This document shows positions 1 through 13,083 of a stretch of 64,000 nucleotides of DNA, one piece after another. How positions within the stretch are numbered: the stretch's first letter is position 1; each line of letters opens with the position of its first letter. Both the position numbers and the translations under genes were made by a program. The notes beneath the pieces were generated by a model. The model was given only the letters and a program-made list of their open reading frames with translations, was not told the origin of the DNA and made no database searches. The stretch is from Octopus vulgaris (Eukaryota): positions 61,628,001 through 61,692,000 of the forward strand of contig OX597833.1 of the NCBI GenBank assembly GCA_951406725.2, in the 5' to 3' direction.

Positions 1-89
1 TTCTTGTGGGATCAATAAAATACCTGTTAAGTACAAGGGTTGATTGTATTAACTAGCTCCCTCCCTTCAAAATTTTTAGACCTTTACAT

Positions 90-330
90 CATCGTTTAAC
101 GTCCTCCTTCCATGCTGGCATGGGTTGGATGGTTTGGCAGATGTCTGCACCACACTTCTGTGTCTGTTTTGGCACAGTTTTTACAGCTGGATGCTCTTCC
201 TAACACCAACCACCCAGCAGGGTGGACTGAGTACTTTTTACATGGCACCAGCACAGGTGGGGTCAGTTTTGGCAGGGTTTCAACAGCTGGATGCCCTTCC
301 AAATGCCAACCACTTTACAGTGTGGACTAT
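90..330 (-). mobile_element. SINE family B fragment (GGCATCCAGCTGTAGAAAC core, (GAT)n tail)
   Basis: catcatcgtttaacgtcc...cagctggatgc; similar to copies at 3557, 6440, 46030 and 57065. Confidence 0.65.
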
Positions 331-1062
331 CAAAATATATTTTGCACTAGTGTTATATAAAATACTATATTTTCCTTTTATGCATGTGCAGGGCAAATTA
401 AGATGGTGAACTAATGAAGTGTTGGGGACAAGGATTATTGAAAAAAGTTAAGAAATATTAGATCAGAAAAATTTATCAAAAATAAATTTTTGGAGCTTAG
501 ATTTTAGAGAAAGAAAAAATCTGAGTATTTCTGAGGCAGCTGGTATTTGAACCTGTGTCTATTGGACCTCAATAATTTGGTTACTAAACACCACATAAAA
601 CATACCTTCGTTTATCATCATCATCATCACTGCCATTTAACATCTGTTTTCCTTGCCTAAGTTGGATGGTTGACAGAAGCCAGTGAGCCAGAAGTCTGCA
701 CCAAGCTCTATTGTGTTCTTTGGTATGGTTTCTATGGCCAGATACCTTTCCTAATGCTAACTACTTTACAGAGTGTACTGAGTGCTTTTTATGTGGCACC
801 AGCACCAGTGAGGTCCCTGAGTAACTTGCAAGACAAAGACCTCTCAACTGAGGGGTTAGTAGTATTACTGAGGGATGTGGCTTTGTGCCAGGTGGTGGGA
901 AGTTAAACTCTGATAGAGGGACAGAAACAGGTGTCTTGCTGTAGAGGAGATACATGGCTACTCCAATTGGAAAAGAGCCAGGAGAGGAGTGAAAGACGAG
1001 ATGGTGATGAAGATGTATTGGAGTATACCCTTTATTAAAATTTATTTATTCATTTATTTCAG

Positions 1063-1125
1063 GCTTGCTTCTTGGGATATGAAGTTGCAATGAAATTTCT
1101 TAACTGGTTGGCACCAAATCTCTAA
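1063..1125 (+). CDS. SLC25A20: Terminal coding exon of mitochondrial carnitine/acylcarnitine carrier; upstream exons not in window
   Basis: Acceptor ...tttatttcag| then [20 protein letters not shown]. This closely matches the C-terminus I recall for human SLC25A20 ([20 protein letters not shown]). AATAAA at ~1182 and ~1451. Confidence 0.88.
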   Translation, partial: [20 protein letters not shown]

Positions 1126-2289
1126 ATAGTGATCGACGACAGTTTATTGGTGACAGTCCCAATTAACAGCGATAACAATTCAATAAAGAAAGCCAAAAGT
1201 TAATTCAAGTCTGCAACCTTTGCCAGAAAATGGAGACAATCCTGCCATCAATGTTTATCCAGCTCCATTGATTTTTTTTTTTTTTTTTTTATCTCAAAGT
1301 TATTACATTAATAACCGATGTTGGCATCATTTATTTTTTCTTTTTTACAACTCCAACATATTTTGGAATTTTAAACAATTTTCCCTTTATTTTCCTTCCG
1401 ATTTTTTGCAGTTCTGAAGATTTATTTTTGACATTTTACACTCGATGAAAAATAAAAAAAAACAAAAAACAAAAAATTATATAAAATTGGATGTTAGAAT
1501 CTTCTAATCTTTGTGTGTGTCCTATCTTTTACTTGTTTCTGTCATTGAACTGTGGCCATGCTGGGGCAACACCTTAAACGAGTTTAATTGGACAAATCAA
1601 CCCCAGAACTTTTCACCACCAGATGTCTCTATATGTGTAACTGCATCATGGGATATTTCTATACATCTCTTATTTAAAATCCGTTCTGTCTGTGTGTGTG
1701 GCTTCTAGGATCTTGGGCATCCTCCATCCGATTGTGCTCAAATTTGATATGTAGATACCGACGGTATCAGGGCATGTATAAGTCTTGAAAAAATTACAAA
1801 AATCCTTTCCAGGTGAGAATGCAATCGATAAAGCCGTTGGAAATCGTTTTTCTTTGGAATAGAAAAAAAGTCTATTTTTATTTCTTCTTTTGCTGGTGTT
1901 TCAAATTTAGGTTAAATCAATGTTTCTCAAATTTAGGTTAAATCAATGTTTCTCCTATGGGACGGTTGGACAAGTTGTTTTGAGAAAATTAGGTTTAAAT
2001 GTTTGACAACTCAGCACCATCCATTGGACGGGAAGATATCTCTCTGTATGTTTTACCTTCTACATTTCCCAGTCATTAGATTGCGGTGAAGCCTGGCCAC
2101 TACCTTGAAGAATTCTTAGTTGAAAGAATTGAGCCCTGCACTTATATATTTTGAAAGCCTGGTCTTTATTCTACCAGCTTTTTTCACTGCACCATTATAT
2201 CACTGGCACAAACACACCATCACTGGTTGTTAAGCAGCAGTGGGGACCAGACATACATACATAAATGTATGTGTGTATATCTTTCTCTC

Positions 2290-3160
<871 letters not shown>

Positions 3161-3172
3161 TATATATATATA

Positions 3173-3478
3173 CTAGCAGTATCACCCGGCGTTGCTCGGA
3201 TTTGTAAGGCAAATAACTATATAAGCATTTTAGAGAGTTACTTCCCTTATATAACCCGAACAAAAATCATTAAAAATGCGGAAAAATGATGGTAAATTTT
3301 TTTTTAAATCGTAGACTCATCGTAGACACGCGCTAATACCCAGAAGGGCTCGATATGAATGACGACTTTAAGATACCCGCTTTTGGTTAAACTGCACCGC
3401 AAAATGTGGGAGCAGTTAGGAATCTAAATCGGAGGAGACAGAGTCTCACACACACAGCTTGAATTTTATATATAAAGA
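3173..3478 (-). mobile_element. Non-autonomous Helitron
   Basis: Minus strand starts TC(TTTATATAT) and ends with a CCGAGCAACGCCGGG hairpin plus CTAG, inserted at A/T. Same family at 27030 and 52511. Confidence 0.8.
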
Positions 3479-3556
3479 TATATATATATATATATACTTA
3501 CATATAAATATATACATCTCTATATATATATACATCTATATGTATACATGTATACA

Positions 3557-3757
3557 GCCTCGTCTGGCACCTGTGTCTGTGGCACATAAAATCACCCACT
3601 ACACTCTCGGAGTGGTTGGCGTTTGGAAGGGCATCCAGCTGTAGAAACACTGCCAGATCTGACTGGCCTGGTGCAGCCTTCGGGCTCCCCAGACCCCAGT
3701 TGAACCGTCCAACCCATGCTAGCATGGAAAGCGAACGTTAAATGATGATGATGATGA
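3557..3757 (+). mobile_element. SINE family B 3' part
   Basis: ggaagggcatccagctgtagaaac...catgctagcatggaaagc...(gat)n. Confidence 0.8.
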
Positions 3758-3767
3758 TATATATATA

Positions 3768-3996
3768 GTGATGCATATTTGCCATTTGAATATGGCTAAC
3801 CCATAAGGGTGGATGCTACTGTAGTTTGTAGCCCCAGGAAGATATCTCCTCCAGCTGGCTATAGACACACTATCTGTGTCCTCTCAGTATTTGTGAAGGG
3901 GAGTCATCCTCCCCGTCTTCAACACATGATACACACGTACCCGAGTTTCAAGGTGTTTACCTTTCATCAGCGTGTGACAATCATGGTTGTCGATGA
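3768..3996 (+). repeat. Left arm of 229-bp inverted repeat
   Basis: Reverse complement of 6048-6276, with 3 mismatches by eye. Confidence 0.95.
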
Positions 3997-4253
3997 ATTT
4001 CTTTATTACGATTAGAAAATCATTACATAGAAGGACAATACAGGACATACATACAAAGAACAGTTGAGTGGTTTGATTAAAAATTTTCCATAATATATGG
4101 ATTATTCCTTAAACAAAATTTGTATTTAAATGGTCCTTTGCATTGACTTAATAGAACATTACAACATTACTTTAACTTGCGATCTTACCAATATTTTAAA
4201 CCCCGGCAACCTATAAGGCCCCGCAGTTTTTCTTTCCTCTCCTCCATCCATAG

Positions 4254-6038
4254 TTAAGCTGGGTTTCTGACACCCACCTTTTTTGCCACTTCCTTCCATC
4301 TTTTTTCATACACACCTCGTGGTAAGGTCTTCTTTTCCAGCCCCATTTTGCTCTTCAGATGATATCTGAAGTAAGTGAGCAAGCCGGGGCCTGAGACAAA
4401 GGATCCTATTGCGACTCCTTCCATTCTTGTACGCCACATGCATTCTTTTACTACTGCAACCGTGCTGTGAAAACATGCCTCACCTTCCTTCGAGAGTCCA
4501 GTTGGCGGTATCATCTTAATCATAGACTCCGCCGACAGCTGTACTCGTCCCAGATGCGATAACACGTGTTCTGCGTAACTTATCAAGTCTGACAACTTCT
4601 GACAGTGTACAAAAGCGTGCTGGACGGTTTCATCGTCCAACCCGCATCTTGGACAAGTCGGTGGCACTGAAATTCCGTGCCGCGATAACTTCTCGCGAAC
4701 AGGTAAAGCATTCCTATAACACTGCCAGGCCAGGGATCTTTGGAAATTATCCAAATACCCCGTCCTGAAAGTCTTTTTAAACAGGTTGGTAAGCTGGTCT
4801 TCGTCAAACCCCAGAGCCCCTCCTAGGACGTCGTCGTTCTTTGCCTCTACCAGCCTGCTATAAAATACCGAGGTGGTATTTCCGCAGCCGGCCTTGCCTG
4901 CCTTGTGGATCAGCGTGAGTGCCTGTCGGCACTCCTTTTGCCATAAAGTCAGATTCCGTCTTTTGATGCGACCGGGTTTAAAATTCACTAAGGAAGCCGG
5001 TCTCGGGAAAAATTCCCCTGCCAGCGGACTCCACACCTTATCACCCTCCAGGTGGTGCCAGAGATGCTTCAGCCTCAACGCATGCCTGCGCATCATCAAC
5101 CAAGGCATTCCTAACCCACCCTTTAACGGTTCCTGGCAGCAAACGGAGCGCCTCACAAGTGGCTTTTCTCCCTTCCACAAAAAGCGGAAAAGGATTCGCT
5201 CCAACTTGCTAAGCCATGAATCGGGGCAAGGGACAGCGGTCAGGCGGTAAGTGATTACAGATGCAATGAACATCTGTGCCACCTCCGCCCTTCCTTTCAA
5301 GGACAGAGACCTTCCGGACCAGGTCTGTACTATGGCCTCCACCTTTTCGTCGCCTCACTCCAATTCCTCTCCGTTTGGGAGTCTGACCCAAACCAAACTC
5401 CTAGCAACTTAACAGGACCATCCGTCCAGTGTCCCACGACACTGGATGATATCGACTTGCTCCTCCAGGTGCCGAGGCGCAAGCCAACCGACTTGTCCTT
5501 GTTAACCCTTGCTCCTGCCACCGCCTCGTATCCTCTGATAGCATCTTCTACACAAGGTAGCTGGGCCTCATTGGACACGATGAGGGTGACGTCATCCGCA
5601 TAAGCAGTAACCGTCCTCCCACCTCCGATCTCATCCGGGTTACTTCCCAGCCTCTCCAACTTTCGCAGCAATGGCTCGAGAGCCAACACGTATAAAAGTG
5701 GTGACAAGAGGCACCCTTGACGAACTGAACATTCGATCGAAAACGGTTCTGAACATTCCGGGTACGGAAGTCTTCACAATTCAAAATAGACTTGTTCAGC
5801 TTCCAGTACCCGGGTCCCTGTCTATGGCACTTATCTAATTGCACCCTACAAGTCACAAATTTGTGATCCGTGTAAGGCACAATGTGAAACTGTGGACAAC
5901 TAAACGTATCCTTATCTCTTTTCCTAACGAATATCCTATCTATATACGATCTGTGTGAGCCGTCGTTGTTACTCCACGTCCACTGTGGAACGCTCGGCTC
6001 ATCCAGTCGATAACGGTCCACTAGATCAAAGCTCTCTA
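4254..6038 (-). mobile_element. Internally deleted L1/Tx1-clade LINE ORF2 (end of APE, end of RT, zf-RVT C-terminus)
   Basis: YIDRIF/YTDHKF (APE C-terminus), SPLLYVLALEPLL and TAYADDV (RT), CPRCGLDDETVQHAFVHC zinc knuckle; near-identical to 9507-12060. Confidence 0.93.
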
Positions 6039-6047
6039 TTTGTGTCC

Positions 6048-6276
6048 TCATCGACAACCATGATTGTCACACGCTGATGAAAGGTAAACACCTTGAAACT
6101 CGGGTACGTGTGTATCATGTGTTGAAGACGGGGAGGATGACACCCCTTCACAAATACTGAGAGGACACAGATAGTGTGTCTATAGCCAGCTGGAGGAGAT
6201 ACCTTCCTGTGGCTACAAACTACAGTAGCATCCACCCTTATGGGTTAGCCATATTCAAATGGCAAATATGCATCAC
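6048..6276 (-). repeat. Right arm of 229-bp inverted repeat
   Basis: Reverse complement of 3768-3996. Confidence 0.95.
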
Positions 6277-6439
6277 GATGTGTTACCGCTACTGTTTATA
6301 ACTCGCTCTGAGATATCTACTTCCAGTCCCCTCCCCCACACGTTTTATCTCTTACGAGCCTGCACCAACCCTACCTGTCATCGTTCCTCCTTACCCCAAC
6401 CCTCCCCACTGGTGCTTCCCTATACTACCTGCACCCCCA

Positions 6440-6745
6440 AAAAGCACCATCCGAACGTGGCCGATGCAAGCGCCGCCTTGGCTGGCTTCCGTGCCGCTGG
6501 CACGTTAAAAGCTCAAACCGATCGTGACCGATGCCGGATCCCCCCTGGCACCTGTGCAGGTGGCACGTAAAAAGCACCCACTACACTCGCGGAGTGGTTG
6601 GCGTTAGGAAGGTCATCCAGCCGTAGAAACTCTGCCAGATCAGACTGGATCCTGGAGCAGCCCCTGGCTTCCCAGACCCCGGTCAAACCGTCCAACCCGT
6701 GCTAGCGCGGAAAGCGGACGTTAAACGATGACGATGATGATGATG
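6440..6745 (+). mobile_element. SINE family B
   Basis: aaaagcacccactacactc...gtcatccagccgtagaaac...(gat)n. Confidence 0.8.
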
Positions 6746-7185
6746 ATATATATATATATATACATGTAAATTTAAATTTAAAATAATAAGAGTCAAAAAT
6801 TGAATATCAATTTGATTAGTAAGAATTTAAAACCAGTGGTGTAGCATATTAGACCATAGCGGATCTTCTAGCAGAATGGATGTCCAGTTACTGCCCTCCC
6901 TGTTATATAATAGTTTCAGTATTTAAGTGAAAGTATCTGACATTACAACAGAGAAATGTTTTTCTTTCACTTTTGACACGTAATACTGAAATAGTAGAGA
7001 AGATACGATATTGCTGTTGGCTCGCCCTAGGCAAGAAGTTTTTTTTTTTTTTGGCTCATGACACTACATGGACCCTAATCAAGTCTAGCAGAATGTATGT
7101 CCAGTTACAGTTCATCCCTGTTACATAATAGTTTCATTTTAATAGTTTCAATATTAAAGTGAAAGTATCTGACATTACAATAGAG

Positions 7186-8190
7186 GAATCTTTTCTGTTT
7201 GATGGACGGAATTTTCTAGTTAACTAAACAATTTCAAACTTCGTATACTGGTAGAATGTGTCAAAAGAAAACATTATTGTAAACAAAATTGAAAACAAAA
7301 TTGTAATTCGTAACTTAAACGTAGTTTAATTTTACGAATTTTAACTCATGAAATCGCAGCATTCGAGCTCAAATTATTTACTGCGTCTAAAAACTCACAC
7401 ACACACGTCTTATTCATCCTTGTCTCTTCTGTCTTCTACATGTGCTAGAAATAACAGCTATATCTCATCAATCGATGAATTTCGTCGCCCAATAAAAATA
7501 TTAACGATATTTTTTGAATATTTTCTTTACTTTTTTTTACCATGGTTTTGAAGGGCCAGAAACAACAAAAACAAAACAATAATATGCCTAAATCGGTCTC
7601 GCGCGTGGAGTGTGAGTAGTATTGTAAAAATTTGCGAAATATTTTTTCATAAAAGGATGCCCCAGCTTGTCGGAAGCTGTGATATAAATTGGGAAAAAAA
7701 TCCTCGACACCAGTGCGTAATTGGTACTTAATTTATCGACCCCGAAACGATGAAACATTGACCCCTTCCCTTCTGGTTTATTTACCTTTTGTGCAAATTT
7801 GTTGCGGCAAGTGGCAAAACACGATCGTGTATGTGTGCGTATGTGTGAGTACGTATATGTCCGTTTGTATGTGTGTGTACGCTTATATATTAATTACTAT
7901 GTGCTTGTGCAAATGTATATGCATGTGTTTGAGAGAGAGTGTGTGTGTGTGTCGTGCGTCTGCTATATTTCTTTATCAATATCGATAACGCAGCAATGCT
8001 GGGATTTCATTGGTTAAAATTCGAAGATGTTGGGATTTCATTGGTTAAAATTCGTAAAATTAAACTACGTTTAAGTTACAAATTACAATTTTGTTTACAA
8101 TAATGTTTTCTTTTGACACATTCTACCAGTATACGAAGTTTCAAATTGTTTAGTTAACTAGAAAATTCATCCATCAAACAGAAAAGATCC
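7186..8190. mobile_element. Non-autonomous TIR DNA transposon (Merlin-like), ~150-bp TIRs, 8-bp TSD CAATAGAG
   Basis: 7186-7345 is the reverse complement of ~8044-8190. CAATAGAG flanks both sides. An empty paralogous site lies at ~6938-6990. Duplicated at ~27801-28774. Confidence 0.75.
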
Positions 8191-8760
8191 CAATAGAGAG
8201 ATGTTTTACTTTCACTTTTGACACGTAATACCGGTTAAACCAGTATTCGAGTAGGTCAATGCGGAAGTAAAATGTTTTTACAGAAGTCTTTCACTTTTAC
8301 TCATTTAGTTGGTGACATTAACGGGCGTTGATATTATTATCTGAGATTCCCAAAACAGTTTTTATTATTTCTTAATTATTTTCCCTCTTCAATCATTGGT
8401 TAAAATTCGTAAAATTAAACTACGTTTAAGTTACAAATTACAATTTTGTTTACAATAATGTTTTCTTTTGACACATTCTACCAGTATACGAAGTTTCAAA
8501 TTGTTTAGTTAACTAGAAAATTCCGTCCACCAAACAGAAAAGATCCCAATAGAGAGATGTTTTTCTTTCACTTTTGACATGTGATATCGATTCACCAGTA
8601 TTCGAGTAGGTCAATGCGGAAGTAAAATGTTTTTACAGAAGTCTTTCACTTTTACTCATTTAGTTGGTGACATTAACGGGCGTTGATATTATTATCTGAG
8701 ATTCCCAAAACAGTTTTTATTATTTCTTAATTATTTTACTTCTCCAATCTCGACTGTTTT
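8035..8760 (+). repeat. ~360-bp tandem repeat (2 units) made of the transposon right TIR plus flank
   Basis: cattggttaaaattcgtaaaatt...gatcccaatagag...ctttcactttt recurs with a period of ~357 bp. Confidence 0.88.
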
Positions 8761-9065
8761 ACTTTATTAATCCCTTCACAACTTCCAGCATTCCAATAGG
8801 ACCTGGTTTCCAGAGAGGAACACTTGCACAAAATGTGACACACTCTCTGTATATAATATTCGTTGCCATATATTTACCCTTCTGAGAAGCTTGGATAGAG
8901 ATTGGATATAGATATTGACTGTTATTATTCATTATATCATTTCTACAAATTGACCTTTCTTCATTTCACGAATACAACAGAAAGCATAATTTCACAAAAA
9001 GAAAACGTACAAATTTTGTTGTCCAAAGAAAATTTGCCTTTTTATACACACACAGCTATAAAGGA

Positions 9066-9116
9066 ATGGCTGAAGAAATGCAGAAAATAACTGGGGAAAT
9101 GCAGGAACTTCTACTG
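9066..9116 (+). CDS. Putative first coding exon of TPR gene copy A (MAEEMQKITGEMQELLL)
   Basis: ATG at 9066, 51 nt, strong donor CTG|gtgagt. Phase 0 matches the acceptor at 17996. Conserved at 29315. Confidence 0.65.
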
Positions 9117-9164
9117 GTGAGTATATCAATATATACACTCGCTTGAACAAATGTACACTCTTTA

Positions 9165-9495
9165 CTCTCTCTTTTACTTGTTTCAGTCATTTGACTGCGG
9201 CCATGCTGGAGCACCGCCTTTAATCGAGCAACTCGACCCCGGGACTTATTCTTTTGTAAGCCCAGTACTTATTCTATCGGTCTCTTTTGCCGAACCGCTA
9301 GGTAACGGGGACATCGGTTGTCATGCACACACACTCAAACATATACATATATACGACGGGCTTCTTTCAGTTTCCGTTTACCAAATCACAAGGCTATAGT
9401 AGAAGACACTTGCCCAAGATGCCATGCAGTGGGACTGAACCCGGAGCCATGTGGTTGGTAAGCATGCTACTTACCACACAGCCACTCCAGCGCCT
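9165..9495 (-). mobile_element. SINE family A (internally deleted)
   Basis: Same head and tail as other family A copies; duplicated at ~29415-29743. Confidence 0.8.
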
Positions 9496-9506
9496 ATATA
9501 TATATA

Positions 9507-12500
9507 TCGTCCCAGATGCGATAACACGTGTTCTGCGTAACTTATCAAGTCTGACAACTTCCGACAGTGTACAAAAGCGTGCTGGACGGTTTCATCGTCC
9601 AACCCGCATCTTGGACAAGTCGGTGGCACTGAAATTCCGTGCCGCGATAACTTCTCGCGAACAGGTAAAGCATTCCTATAACACTGCCAGGCCAGGGATC
9701 TTTGGAAATTATCCAAATACCCCGTCCTGAAAGTCTTTTTAAACAGGTTGGTAAGCTGGTCTTCGTCAAACCCCAGAGCCCCTCCTAGGACGTCGTCGTT
9801 CTTTGCCTCTACCAGCCTGCTATAAAATACCGAGGTGGTATTTCCGCAGCCGGCCTTGCCTGCCTTGTGGATCAGCGTGAGTGCCTGTCGGCACTCCTTT
9901 TGCCATAAAGTCAGATTCCGTCTTTTGATGCGACCGGGTTTAAAATTCACTAAGGAAGCCGGTCTCGGGAAAAATTCCCCTGCCAGCGGACTCCACACCT
10001 TATCACCCTCCAGGTGGTGCCAGAGATGCTTCAGCCTCAACGCATGCCTGCGCATCATCAACCAAGGCATTCCTAACCCACCCTTTAACGGTTCCTGGCA
10101 GCAAATGGAGCGCCTCACAAGTGGCTTTCCTCCCTTCCACAAAAAGCGGAAAAGGATTCGCTCCAACTTGCTAAGCCATGAATCGGGGTAAGGGACAGCG
10201 GTCAGGCGGTAAGTGATTACAGATGCAATGAACATCTGCGCCACCTCCGCCCTTCCTTTCAAGGACAGAGACCTTCCGGACCAGGTCCGGTACTATGGCC
10301 TCCACCTTGTTCGTCACCTCACTCCAATTCCTCTCCGTTTGGGAGTCTGACCCAAACCAAACTCCTAGCAACTTAACACTGGACGATATCGACTTGCTCC
10401 TCCAGGTGCCGAGGCGCAAGCCAACCGACTTGTCCTTGTTAACCCTTGCTCCTGCCACCGCCTCGTATCCTCTGATAGCATCTTCTACACAAGGTAGCTG
10501 GGCCTCATTGGACACGATGAGGGTGACGTCATCCGCATAAGCAGTAACCGTCCTCCCACCTCCGATCTCATCCGGGTTACTTCCCAGCCTCTCCAACTTT
10601 CGCAGCAATGGCTCGAGAGCCAACACGTATAAAAGTGGTGACAAGAGGCACCCTTGACGAACTGAACATTCGATCGAAAACGGTTCCGTTAGGTATCCGT
10701 TTATCTGGACGGTGGACTTGATGCCGTTATACATAGCGGAGATCCAACCGCGAAATTCAGGGCCCAGTCCAGCCGCTTCGAGGACCGACGCCAGGTACTT
10801 ATGGTCTACCCTATCGAACGCTTTACTTTGGTCTAAATGGACCATTACCCCGCCCTTGCCGGTTAATTTACCCACCCTATCTAAGGTGTAGCGTATAAGG
10901 TGAAGATTGTCCTGGATCGACCTGCCTGGAATTGCACATGTCTGTGCTTTCCCTACAAGTTTCTCCACGACAATCGTCAACCTTTTTGCCAACACCTTGG
11001 CCAAAATCTTTAACTCTACATTAAGTAGAGTTATGGGCCTGTAATTACTAATGTTATCCCCCTTGCTCGGGTCTTTCTGGATTAGCGTCACCACTCCCCG
11101 GCTTACAGAACTGGGAATTCTCCCATTCTGCTGCCAGTTCGCGTAGACGCCTGCCATTATTCCCCCGAACAAGTCCGGCATACTTTGGTAAAACTCGTAG
11201 GGCAGACCATCCAACCCCGGCGACTTCTCCCCGGCGCATCCAGCCAGTATCCCCTCTATCTCCGCGGGAGTGATCGCTCCTTCACAGCACTCCACCTCAC
11301 GCCCCGAGAGCCGCGGTCCGCCGGCTAGGAAGTCCTTTAAGGCCCTCCCCCGTTCCGGCGCCACACCACCCCCGAACACGCGGGCGAAATGATGGTGAAG
11401 AAACTTTTGCATCTCCTCCTGTCCATAGATCTTTTGTCCCTGTTCGTCAGTTAAAGACTTGATTGAAGCTTTGTTACCTCTCTGACTCTCCACTCGACGG
11501 GCCCATCCGGCAACGTTAATACCTTCTCGTTTCCCAGCGCGTAGCTTAGCTCTGACTCTGCAACCTTCGTGTTTGGAGTTAAGGTGACGGTACAATACCG
11601 TCCTTGCCGCCATCACTCCGGATGCAGAGCCAGCTTCCATTGCCTCGTTTAGATTCTTAACTAAATTGTCCTCTATCCTAGACCTATCTAACCTTAGCTG
11701 ATTGCTAAATCTAATGGACTCTGAACGAATGGCTCTTTTGAGGGAGTGCCACCATCTATTGTTAATGATGGTGCCACACAATGCCCTCTGTACTAACACC
11801 TTAATCCGGGTACGGAAGTCTTCACAATTCAAAATAGACTTGTTCAGCTTCCAGTACCCGGGTCCCTGTCTATGGCACTTATCTAATTGCACCCTACAAG
11901 TCACAAATTTGTGATCCGTGTAAGGCACAATGTGAAACTGTGGACAACTAAACGTATCCTTATCTCTTTTCCTAACGAATATCCGATCTATATACGATGT
12001 GTGAGCCGTCGTTGTTACTCCACGTCCACTGTTAACGGTCCACTAGATCAAAGCTCTCTAGTAGACCCTTGAGGCTAGGTTTCCCCTTCCTATTGGTTGA
12101 GCCAACACTGTCGACCCGCGCTTCAAGGACAGTGTTAAAGTCCCCTACTAAGACTACCGTTTTCGACGTCGCTAAAAAGGGCTCCAGATTCCGAAAAAAC
12201 CCGCCTGCCTACACTCATTCGGAGCGTAGACAGCTACCAACCTGAAGGACTGTTTACTTACGTGGGTCACATCCAGAACGACCAGCCTGCCTTCTGGGTC
12301 CAGAAAGACAGTACTTACCTGCAAGTCCAAGCTCTTCCTGATAAGGACTGCCACGCCTCTTCCTCTTCCTCGGCTAGGAGAAATAAATTTCTCAAAACCA
12401 TTTAGAAGAGGCGAGAACGCTTGGGCCCCGTTCATCTTGGACTCGGTTACAATAGCTACATCCACTCCGTGTGTCGTGAGGTCGTTCAGGAAATAAATTT

Positions 12501-13083
12501 GTTTCCATTTCGACCCCATTCCACGCACATTTACGCAACCCAGCTTTGCCATTGTCGGTGAGAGAAAAAATAAACAAACTTACGGTTGGGACAGGGAGCA
12601 TGGCAGTTTAAATCTGCCTGCTTCCCCTTCTTCCTCCCTTGTGGTCCTGCAGGGCTCTGTGGTCGTAGGTGTGGTTGCCGGGGTTATAATAAGTTTACCT
12701 CCAGTATTTCCTTTGTTACATCTCTTATAAGATTATTCTTTAAATGTTCTTGTAGTGTTTTTTCCTTCCACTCGTCTTCCTTTATTTTTGCGAAGCGAGT
12801 GGTTGATTTTGTGTCTGTAGACTTACTGAATAGTTTAACTTTTGAAAATTTGAAATATTTGTACCCCTATCGTTCTTCTCGTCAAATGCTATAATCTTAT
12901 CATTTTTTTTAACAATTTTTTCAAATCTTGTTTTATGGGAGGGGCTTGGCGAACTGTGTTCCAATGAATATAGTGCCGTGGGGGTAGGGCTGGGGAATTT
13001 GTTTTGTATGTATGTCTGCGGTGTTTGCTGATTTTTTCTTTGTTTGGGGAGGGGAGTCCAGGGTGTTATCTTTTTTTCTTTTT
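9507..13083 (-). mobile_element. L1/Tx1-clade LINE, near-complete ORF2 (APE-RT-zf) with frameshifts, 3'-truncated; lies antisense in the TPR gene intron
   Basis: APE motifs GCVNVRG, VAVYAP, YTDHKF; RT motifs KSPGLDGLPYEFY, NYRPITLLN, DQSKAFDRV, VRQGCLLSPLLY, YADD; C-terminal CxxC...HxxxxC. Confidence 0.95.

Noticed and set aside
8902-9090. 62-aa ORF duplicated at 29151
   Set aside because: Non-ATG start; it overlaps the better-supported spliced first exon in another frame; identity is explained by the duplication
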